From contig JAQFVV010000005.1 of the NCBI GenBank assembly GCA_028023455.1, positions 21,886,001 through 21,950,000 of the forward strand: a stretch of 64,000 nt of DNA, given 5' to 3'. Shown here in pieces: positions 51,451 to 62,422 of this stretch. Position 1 is the first letter of the stretch; each line of letters begins with the position of its first letter. The position numbers were made by a program, and so were the translations under genes. This stretch comes from Epiperipatus broadwayi. Its lineage: Eukaryota > Animalia > Onychophora. Below the pieces are notes generated by a model that saw only the letters and a program-made list of their open reading frames with translations, searched no databases and had not been told where the DNA came from.

Positions 51451-52898
51451 AAACAATTTGTCAACTGAAATTAGAAGACAAGAAAGAAGAAGGTACGAAA
51501 ATGGAAAAAAGGATAACAGGAAGAATGAGGAAAAGAGGAAAGAACAAAGATAATAGAAAACAGATAAAGCCTACTACCAAATGAAAAATGACTGCTTGAT
51601 TTGACGTGGTGTAACCAAAGACCAAGATGTAACAAAACTACACAAGATAAAAGAGAGATGTAAATTCAAGTTGAATTCAATCAATGTAAACAAAGACTAA
51701 AGCGAATGTAAATGAATAGAGCTGTAATCTAATATTATCTGTAGGATCTTTATTCCAATAAATATTTCCTTTATAAAAAAAAAAAAAGTACATCTTTCAT
51801 TGTTCCTTATAATATGGAAAGTTTTTATCATTATGAAACTTTTCTTTTGAAATAGGCAATGTCTATATATGAAAAAATACACTTTTTCTAAAAGAACAAA
51901 AAAGATCTTTTTCTTTTAATAATCCGCTTGTTGTAATTTGCAAAGTCCACTGCTCTTATATATGATTCATTCAAGGCGTTGCTTTATGACAATTTACTAA
52001 ATAATTATTGTTGTAATGATTAATATTATTTATAAGTACACACATACATAAACGCATTCACAGACATCTATATTTTAATATTTATTTATCAAGTCCAATA
52101 AAAATGTGTATGTATAAAACAGAAGTTTTATGAAATAAATTTAAGTTATAGTTTTACTCTTGAATTTAAAAAAATATTGTAATTTCTATTGCGGAGAAAC
52201 TTATTTCTTTTAAAATTTTGCCATTTTTAAAATGAAAATATTAAATAAGTAACCTATGTTCCTATATGATATAAATTATATTCAATCATTATAATTTTCT
52301 ACTTTTATATTTACATCTATAAAAAATATATTGTCCTTGTATGCTAAGATGACGATTATGGAGACATCGATTAGGCATTTAATAATCAGGGATTCTGCAT
52401 TAATAAATAAATGCATCGTGTATACCTGGGGTGTGAGGTGATGGCACATGCCATAATGGGAAATATAATGTATGATTATAACAATTCAACAGAACTTTGT
52501 CAAATCACTTTTATTATCCCTGTCTTTGCTAGACTGATAAGAAGAAGCAAAATAACCATTTATATTTGCAATTTTAATCTGGCAAGTATTTCAGACAATA
52601 GTAAAATTGGTTATGTATCGGATGTAAATATAACCAAAAATTATGTAAGCACTGTTGGAAATTTCTGTTAATTTATATGTATCATGTAACAGTACAGAAT
52701 AATGTATATTGAAACGCTGCTTAAGCCACGTGCTGATTGCACATTTGCAATGATACAAAATAAGGGATATATCAAAAGTGAAGAAATTTATCATCACAAA
52801 TATAAGCTAAAATAGTCTTACTGAGCATAGAAAATGAGCAAAAATCAGCATCAGAATCCAATGTAAGAAATAATAAGCAACATATGTGATATATATAT

Positions 52899-53060
52899 AT
52901 GATCACTAGATGGAGCTTTACCAATAGCTCTAATCAAGTTTTGTTTACATAAGTGCCGAAAGAGATAGAATTCAAAATCTCTATCATGAATTCTATCTCT
53001 CGGCACTTATGTAAACAAAGCTTGAATAGAGCTATTGGTAAAGCTCCATCTAGTGATCAT
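52899..53060. mobile_element. Hairpin or MITE with 75-bp arms and CTCF-like motifs at both ends
   Basis: Arms 52899-52974 and 52987-53060. TCACTAGATGGAGC at 52903-52916 with mirror copy at 53043-53056. Confidence 0.88.
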
Positions 53061-55260
53061 AAAATGCAAGCTTAAAGGCAAGTTATGAAATTTATAACTT
53101 GTTTTAATTATTATATACTGTATATAGCATTACCAGAATTAATTATTAAGAGTTAATAGTCATCTTTTGTGATTGAATTTAAAAGAGATAATATAAAATC
53201 TCAGGCTAATAATCATTTAGCCAAGGCCAAACTTAGGCCATAATATAATTAAAGCCATTATCAAAATTTCATCTGAACAACATACTTAAGTGCTAAAAAT
53301 GATCGTAAAAATAACAAAATATGCTTGGACCATGCTGATCATCAATTCTCTTGAACATCAGTTACCATGAACATATTGGCCATCAACAAACTAATTATCT
53401 AATCTGTAAAGTGAAGTATGTCAACTTTGAAGATGATCTTTAGCTTTGTTCATTCAAATAACAGTAGAAAAACATCTAAATGTTCACAAACAATCATTGT
53501 TATGCCTGAACTAGTTTTGGGATTGCAAGGACCCTAGAGACTGAACATACATATACACATTTAAATTGTTCTATTATTAAATAATTTCACTGGGATATCT
53601 TACAAATCTTGCAAAGTACAACCCTATGATGAAATCAGTCACACACATTGATATTTCACAGAACAGAAAGCTAAAAGAATAAAGACATCTGAAAAAATAA
53701 TTGTCAGAAAATTATTTAATAAAAATTCATTAATAAACAAAAACATTTAAGAATAATAATGTGATAAACCTAAAGTTAATTCACATATTTTCACACCATA
53801 AATGTGTTCATGTAACACATATAAATGTTATTTCCTCGTGGTCTCTTAATTAACAGTTAATCTAAATTAACTAATTTCTTACAATAATCAAACTCTAAAA
53901 AATATTCCATAATTAAGAAAGAAAATTAACTTTAAGTTAAATCTTCCTCTCCTTTCTTTTTTTGAAAATAAAGATGATGTCCCCATATAATTTTAAATAG
54001 ATAAAGTAAAAATCTTTTCAACAGAATCACTAAAAAATTATTCAATATTTTAAATTTCCTATAAAATAATATTTATAAATATAACTGTGTATACATTACA
54101 ATATTTCATTTTACTATGTATTTTTATTGTCCTTATTTTGTAATTGCTTAGATGAGTGTCTCTTGTAAATCTGATAGGTAGAAAGTTCAGTCAGTCTTTA
54201 ACTATATCAGGGTATTTGACACCATATTGAATTTTTAAAAAAAACTGACTTGAGACACAATTTTCACAGTAACTTCAGATTTAATAATGTTAAAGCAAAA
54301 TATTATATATTGACAGAAAATAAAAAACTAAGAAAAAAAGGCTAAGACAAATAGTGATTACCATTAAAAAAAATTTTCAACATCCAAAAAAATTATTACT
54401 TTATTGTTTGTTCATAATTTCTAATTTATCATTAACTAAGTTTAAAATTATCTTCATTGATAATTTCTTTGTATCGCTCACAAAATTATCTTTCAAACCA
54501 TATATAATACTTCTTACCTGAGATAAGAACTTAAAAAAAATACTAACATAAGAATTCTTCATTTTTATCTTGTACCCCAAAAGTTAAAAAATCTCAAGGC
54601 ATCTATATTCATCCTAATAAAAGAAAAAAATCATTTCAGATGGTGGATATGCATTTGTCATCATACCAATTGGCCTCTTGTCTATCCAAAACTAAAAATT
54701 CAAGGCTATTGTCTGTATCAATGATAAAATGAGTTTCATCTCTTCATTTTATATTTTTTGCGTACATCAGTGATGTTTATATTCTTTGTACACACAGTGA
54801 TGCTAACTTGTTATATTTACTGTCTCACATAGTTATAATTTATTTGCATATAGCTCATTTGCTAGCTATAGACTTGAAAATAATATGATGCAAATGTGGC
54901 AAAACTACTGATTCCACAGCATAAGTACCATGGCATAGACAAGAATCAGGATTTAATGCTCTGCCTGCATACAATTTCATGTGGTATACATAACCATTGT
55001 GGCTATCACCACACGCACCATTTGAAACCTCTCTTTATTGGTTTTAAGAGTACTATGCACAGTAAATTTTGTGACTGCTTTATCAATTGCAACCTTTCTG
55101 TATATCTGATAATCAGTCTTAAAATTTACATTGCACTGCTCTATAATATCTTAATTTATATATAAAAATATCCGAATGGTAAAAACTTAAAAAAAATTAT
55201 ACATATAAAATTCTTTCTAGAGTAAATGGTTTTACTTACTGGGAATTAAAAACTCTATAA

Positions 55261-55440
55261 AAACAATTATTTCTTCAATCATAATTGGGGTTTGTATATT
55301 TGACTTGAAATAAAAGCTTGGAGTGTCCAGAAATTAATTAATTCAATCACTACTTTGAATTAATTAATTTCTGGATACCCCATGCTTTTATTTCAAGTTA
55401 AATATATAAATTCCAATTGTGGTTGGAAAAAACAACTATT
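55261..55440. repeat. Hairpin with about 86-bp arms and an 8-nt loop
   Basis: 55261-55346 versus 55355-55440; the inner 55 bp are nearly perfect. Confidence 0.85.
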
Positions 55441-55504
55441 TTTTTGACTTTTTAGTACAAAATAAATAAAAACATTTATTATAAAATATTTTTCATATAT
55501 ATAC

Positions 55505-56105
55505 ACAGGGTGGCCCAAAAGTAGGTTTACAGTTATTAAAGTACCTTTTATATGGTTGACGTTACTTGCTTAGTAATACCAATATAAAACATTCCTCAGA
55601 GTATAAATCTAACTTACATAAACAGCTTTTTCCTTGCTGATTGTAATTTATTTTATTATGTAATGCTAACTTTTTACATTATGCATCTACAGTAAGAGAC
55701 TACCTTAACCAAGCTTTTCCACAGTGTTAGTTCAGAAGAAGGGGCAACATCGAATGGCCACCATGTTCACCTGACCTGACACCTATGGATTTCTTTTTTG
55801 GGGGTGTTGTTGAGAACAAGGTTTATGAGAAGAAACCCAAAACAATAAATGATTTAAAAGATTACCTTCATCTCGCATTCACAGAAATTGATGAAGAGCG
55901 GCATTTGTGCCACACTGTGTGTCAGAGTGTCCTGGAGAGATTTGAAGAATGTTGCAATGTTGAAGGAGGATATTTTGAGCATATGAGAGATTAAATTGTT
56001 TATGTTTATGTTAACAGGTATAACGAATTTCCCGCTGTTCTAGTGTCGAATTTTCAAATAAATAGTCTAAGTGATAACTGTAAACCTACTTTTGGGCCAC
56101 CCTGT
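55505..56105 (+). mobile_element. Non-autonomous Tc1/mariner deletion derivative
   Basis: Perfect 30-bp TIRs cagggtggcccaaaagtaggtttacagtta. Internal WPPCSPDLTPMDFF...KVY...EGGYFEH matches the Tc1/mariner transposase C-terminus. Confidence 0.93.
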
Positions 56106-58699
56106 TATATGCATTGTGAACAGTTTTCTGGTTTAGAGCCTTGGTAATCAATGAATTCATCTCTGATGCCAACTTATATTCAAACATCAATCTATGGACT
56201 TGGTTGACACTATCATCTGATGTTTATTCATTAATCATAATTTCAATAAATGGTGCTAGAGTAGGATGATGGGATGAAAAGTTGCTCTTAATGCTGGGAT
56301 AATAATATGATGAAACTGTCATATTATTGTTTTATTTTTTGACAGTTTGTCAAATGCTTGCTAACAGAAATCACAGATGAAAAATTTGGAATGACCTTCA
56401 TACAAGAGAGTCACCTGCAAATTCTTGAACATGAGTTAATCCTGATGCCTTGCAAAGTAAGATGTTGGTTCATGAAAGATTAGATACTATTGCCAAAACA
56501 ATGTTTTTTTTTTATCTTACGATCTTTACTCAATTAATATGCCATAAGATCCAACCCCCAAAAGACTCTTACATTATCACTTATATTTTTGGGCTAACCA
56601 CAATAACAGGATTGTGTATTTGCACAATCATGTTTCCATCCTTTAGTGCACACTAAGAAATTCTGAATTCTATATTTTTATCTCTCTGTTTTTGTGTCCA
56701 CATTCTTGATGCTGGCAATAGATTTAAAATGACTTTGGTAATTATTATTGCATGAGACAATATAATAAATAATACATCAATCTGGAACTGAATTTGAGGT
56801 AACAATTTCAACTCAACAAATTTTCTTGTTTAGATAACCTTATTTAGGGACCCCCATGTACACCAAGAATGTGGAAATAATCTAGAAAATAAATGTTAAA
56901 AATGGCCCACTTTGGATAATCTTACAGTTGCCATGTCTGATGAATCATTCATCAAAGCAAACGAAACATATAGGTAATGGAAACAATTGTAAAACTAATA
57001 ACAACAATAGTGATAAAGCAGGAAATAATGGCAATAATAACAATATATGTGAACTTTTCTATTTATATATTCTTCAAGACCTTAACGGAGGAGTCTTTAC
57101 ACCCAAAACACTGCCAAGATTTAAGATTATTTACTACAGCTAACTCTTATGAAATTCATCCTTTCAGAGAAAGGAAGATTAACTAAACAGGAAGAAAGAA
57201 GACTTCATAGAGTAGATTATTTTTGGAATACCTGAGTATATCAATGGAAAGTTAATAATACTTGAACTTGATTTGTGCAATTATATGCCATTTTATCAGC
57301 ATTTATACTTCAATATTACATTCAAATAATTCAGATTAAGAAAATTTCCATTCTTTCTCAAATAATACGATTATATCAATATTGCTAAAAATGTAAAAAT
57401 TTTCATGGAAACCAAGATGCCCATGTTGATAAGAACTTTAAACTTTCACCCTAAATTGGTGGAAGTTTTAATAATGGCATGGTAAACTCAAATACTCTAC
57501 TGTTACTGAATTTTTGCATAATATATAAATTGACTATCTGACTTCTTTGGTAATAAAATGTCTATAATGGAACTTGATTCATACATGTTCAAAACAAGGA
57601 TATCAAATAGATTAAGTTATAGTTAAAATTTAAAATGTAAAACTAAATTTATGCGCATTTACAAGTACAAATTGTTAATGGATCATAACCTAGTCCACTT
57701 CAAAGTTAAAATAATAGTTGCATTAAAAAATAAGACCTATTCTAAATTTATTGGCATGAAATTTAATATATTTAAAACTAAGGAAGATATAGCTCTGACG
57801 AAGATTGCTGGACAGTCGAACCTGTAAGAAAATAAAGAAGTTTAAGAAAATTACTTGCATTAAAGTGTATATGAATGAAGTATTATAAGTAATATATATA
57901 TCTTTAAAAGCACATACCAATTTTAACAAAGGCTGATTTGTTAATAAGACATGGAATCCTCTTTCAAAATCTATTAATTCATTAACAGGAATAAACCCAA
58001 TTGGTTGTCTCACAGTGATTTTATTATGAATGACTTGATTAAACAGAATTATGTTGTATTTTCTGCATTGCAGAATAATGAATTAAATGTGGAGTTTAAT
58101 AAGTAATATTAATATATAAAGTCAAAACTCAACAACTGACAAGAAAGATTAAAATGATTGGTGGATCAAAATTGCAAAGAAGATTGAGACATTTGTTAAT
58201 CATGATTACTTTAGATCTTTCTATGATGCACAGGAAAGGACATAGTAATTTGATAAGTGATATCTTAAGCTATTAAATCCATAGATAGACTCCTATATAT
58301 AATGCAATGATGATACAATATTTTATGATCTTGGAAAAATTTAGGTGGTGACTTTTAATGATATACCCATCCTATCTATTTGCTTAGATTACGACAAAGA
58401 TATCCAGCTTAATGAAGATAAAATATCTTTTTGCAATCTTAAAATAGAAGGATGATAGAGTCTTATGAGATCCCTTAACAAATTTTAAAATATAAGGATA
58501 TGTTAGATTCAATTTTAAGAATGCTTCTAGTATTCTAATGTATAAAAAAAATATGGCAGTAGTTATCATAGAATATCATCATTATTGGCTACAAGAAAAA
58601 TACTTTTGTTGAATAGATTGCTTCCAGTCGTGAATAGCTATCAAAGAATGAATACACTTTCAAAGAATTAAAAACCACTACAGACATGCTTTTGTTTGC

Positions 58700-58920
58700 C
58701 AGAAAAATGTAGGAAAAGTGTTTGAAATAAAAGTGTGACTTACACATTGTTTTTATTGATTTTATCAAGGCATTTGACTTGGTTAATCTATTAAATTTAT
58801 CGGTGTTTAAAATTAGTTGATTTCTCATCACAGTTTATCCATACTGAGCACATGACAGCATGTGAGATAACATTATTACCGACTATGCAAAAATCTCAGT
58901 CGTTTGAGATAAAAACCAGT
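58700..58920 (+). mobile_element. Small LINE RT fragment
   Basis: HIVFIDFIKAFDLVN near 58743-58788 matches the RT FxDFxKAFD motif. Confidence 0.65.
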
Positions 58921-59178
58921 AATGAATTTTGCTTCCCATTTTTAAAACAGTAATCTTCAAACAGATTCAGGAATCAATAACTTTTTATAGAAACATTTTT
59001 AATTTGAACTCATGAAAAAGAAAAACATGAATTTCTTCTTCTTAGCTTCTGGATTGGTTGTATTATCTTTGTCAATTCAACAGACTCTCAGTATAATAAT
59101 TAATGTTTTGAAATCAACCTAATGAAGTCTTTGATTCAGTAATTAACATACAAAAACTATACCTAAAGGGTTCTTTCA

Positions 59179-59375
59179 TATTTGCCAACCGATGACGTAT
59201 TGCCCTGAAGCCATATCAGTCTGACCTTGCGATCTTTAAGATAACGTCTCCAAGTGATTTACAGACAAATGCAATAGCTAAAATTTGTCCGCAGATCACG
59301 TGGACCCGGCACGTTAAAGATTGCAACATCAGACTGATATGGCTTTAGGGCAATACGTCATCGGTTGGGCAAATA
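59179..59375. mobile_element. Young MITE with about 60-bp TIRs
   Basis: tatttgccaaccgatgacgtattgccctgaagccatatcagtctga... and its reverse complement at 59314-59375. CpGs retained. Confidence 0.9.
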
Positions 59376-60018
59376 CTAAAAAAAAATTTAAAAAATGTAC
59401 ATGCATCTTTTTCATTCAGTTATGAATGAAAACTTACACCAACTTTCAGTTTGGAAGATTATCATCTTATGAATATCAATTGATTTAAATATTTTAGTAC
59501 ATTTTTAAATACAGTGATGAACATGAATTTGAAGTGCAATGATACAAAATTATATTTTATAAATTTAATCAGCACAGATATAGAAAATATGGAAAACTTC
59601 ACTGCTCTTAATCCTCATCATTTTCTCCAAGCACTGTCAGTATAAACAATTAAACTGTCCACTGGTTGCTGTAAATTCAACTCCCTTTATAGAACGAAAA
59701 TGATCATTTCTTTCTGAAGACTCAAGATATAAAATTGAAGTTGATTTGAATCACATTAATAAAATATTAAAATCAACTATAATATTTAAGGCAATTTATA
59801 TTTAAATTGATTGAAACTTAAATTCACAGATCAGAGTTATTTCTACTCATTCTGAACCTCTTCAAATAAATTATCAGTCATCAAATTTATAATGATAGAA
59901 TTTTATAATGATAGAAGTTATCTAACAACAAGAGAACCAGCCTCTGAGCACTGTAAATGAAAACAAAAAGACTGCCCTCTAGTTGCACCATAATAATTTA
60001 TTTACAGTTTTAAAATGA

Positions 60019-60790
60019 ATACATTGTACAGGCTTAAACCTGTATTAATATATGTAATATATGCGAGATTCGAATTCAGACTTTCACACGACCCATTATT
60101 CTCAGTGCCATCTCATATTGCTGACCTACCTGATCTCACACATGTTGAAAAGATAAATAATCACCAATTTACGTATTTCACGCTAAACCAGCAATCATCA
60201 ATTGGTCTAGATTACTATCCTCACACATATATATAATCAGTGCTCAGCTTTATATTAAGATAGCCAATCTTCATACTTTAATGGACAGGCTTCAAACTAT
60301 TCCAACTCACAACTCTTCAGCCTTCTATTTCATTGAAAATCTGATGGTGGAACGTTCAAAGCCCTTGTTAATGCCAAGGTCTGCCCATCCCTCCGCATAT
60401 GTATGTATAAATGGATTATTCTCCTGTACATGAGGGGTCAGAATGACTAATATGTCAACATGGGTAGGATGACAACCTTAGCACTAACAAGGGCTTTGAA
60501 CATTCCACCATCAGATTTTCAATGAAATGGAAGGCTGAAGAGTTGTGAGTTGGAATAGTTAGAAACCTGTCCATTAAAGTATGAAGATTGGCTATCTTAA
60601 TATAAAGCTGAGCACTGATTATATACGTGTGTGAGGATAATAATCTAGACCAACTGATGATTGCTGTTTTAGCATGAAATACGCATATTGGTGATTATTT
60701 ATCTTTTCAACATGTGTGTGATCAGGTGGGTCAGCAATATGAGATGGCACTGAGAGTAGTGGGTCGTGTGAAAGTCTGAATTCGAATCCC
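60019..60790. mobile_element. Family A head-to-head palindromic composite in SIRT4 intron 1
   Basis: Left arm 60019-60380, right arm 60381-60790. HHR motifs at 60163-60206 (-) and 60649-60692 (+). Exact direct repeat gttttaaaatga at 60007-60018 and 60791-60802. Confidence 0.92.
60649..60692 (+). ncRNA. Minimal type-I hammerhead ribozyme (family A), intact core, antisense to SIRT4
   Basis: ACCAA-CUGAUGA-UUGCU-GUUUU-AGCAU-GAAA-UACGCA-UA-UUGGU. The first helix II pair is a U-U mismatch. Confidence 0.72.
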
Positions 60791-61193
60791 GTTTTAAAAT
60801 GAGTAAAAGTAGCACTGTTCTGAAATTTAAATATTAACTTTTAGAATTTTTTTTTTTTTTTTAAATTTAAATATTAGTCAATGCAAATTCAAATCGCCTT
60901 AAATATTTATTCCTCAATTGTTGCAATTCAAATCAAATTCTTATAGATGTTGTGTTCACAGAAATGAAAAATCATTTTCTTTCAGTAAAATGTTGAATTT
61001 ATGATAACTGTTTAATTGCCTATAATGATAGTATTTGGTTGTTTCTTCACTTGTTACATCTTTCTAGCATTATATTATTCTATTATCATATATATGTTTA
61101 TGCATATCTTTAAAAATTATTTTATAATAAATTTTAACTATAATAGTTTTCATTTTATATATATAAAAAAAAAAACATTTTCTTTTTGCATAC

Positions 61194-61652
61194 CTGAAAC
61201 CCCGTGCCATGAAGTTCAGTAACTTTTTTACTGCCCGCTTTCAGATGTAATGCATCAACATTTTGTGTAATAAGCCAATGCAATCTTTCGGACTCCTCCC
61301 ACCATTTTAAATGTAGATGTGAAGAGTTGGGTTGAGCTGATGAGAATCTGGGCCAACTCACATAATTCCTCGCCCAGTATCGTTGACGGATGTCATTACT
61401 CTTGATGAATTCCTGATATCTTACCGGGCGATGGCTAGTTCGAGCATATAAACCTACAACTTCTGATCGATAGTCAGGTATTCCACTCTCAGTTGAAACA
61501 CCAGCTCCAGTAATAATTAAAAGTTTTTTGCAACGGTCAAGAAATTCTTGAAGTTTTCTAATATCGATTGGTTTAGGAGAATTATGCTGAGGCACAAATC
61601 GTAAAAGGTGACAGGATCTTATTGGATAATTAAAAAATAATAAATTTGCCAT
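61194..61652 (-). CDS. SIRT4: Sirtuin 4 (mitochondrial NAD-dependent deacylase), first coding exon
   Basis: ATG at 61652, 6 nt after a poly-T/AG acceptor (61660-61659), so a 5' exon lies further upstream. Motifs [31 protein letters not shown] and ELHG. GTATGC donor after CAG at 61194. Confidence 0.95.
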
Positions 61653-62084
61653 CACTTTCTAATTAAATAAAAAAAAAAAACTATCATTATCAACTAAGAT
61701 CAAAAATAATTTTTAAATCATATATATATATATTAATTTTAATTCATCAATTTTGAATAAAAGATATTTAAAAAACATTAAGGCATACTTAATCTTTTAA
61801 TCTTATTTGGACTAAAACTATAATAAATATTCAATTATTGGTCAAAATTATATTAATTTTAGAGCAAGAGCACATATACAACATGTATTCCCCCTAGGCA
61901 ACAATATTTTGTCACTAATGCTAACTATGTTTAAGTCTTTGCATAATGATGTACAACGGTAGAAAGTGGACTCTTCGAGCTCAAGATTCATGGATTGCAG
62001 TTTCCCTTCATCATTTCCAGCCTTAAACTTTTTGTAAAGTTCTAAGAAAAAAGCTCTTTTTAATATTTATAGCATACACAGGGA

Positions 62085-62300
62085 TACCCACAAATAACCG
62101 GAATTTTATAATAAAAAATTGTTTATTTATTTTTAAGTGGTATAAATTTAATCTCTTTCAAATGACTATCCATTTGATGAAATACATTGATCTAAACATG
62201 TTTTTCATTTTTCAACGTAGTCTGGAAGTACTTGCAAAGTTTAGAGATGGATTAAGCAGTAAGTGGACTAAGCGACCATGTAGGGCTCTGAGATCTTAAA
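62085..62300 (-). mobile_element. Tc1/mariner 3'-end fragment
   Basis: TIR-like cagggatacccacaaataacc near 62088. Minus strand gives a decayed CLDQCISSNGxSFERD-stop resembling the transposase C-terminus. Confidence 0.5.
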
Positions 62301-62422
62301 ATGTCTTTTCATTAGGATTCGAGGAAAATTATTATACAATCAACACTCCTATAATGCGGTATTATTTAAGCTTTTGAAAGGAATTTGAGTTTTGGTGGGA
62401 TTATTAACTTTTAACTGGACAT

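Noticed and set aside
52955-52975. GCCGAAAGAGATA as part of a hammerhead
   Set aside because: No CUGANGA box or helix II upstream, and the loop is not palindromic.
57723-58013. 96-aa ORF and an acceptor-like site at 57821
   Set aside because: All frames after the acceptor end quickly, with no donor and no recognisable homology.
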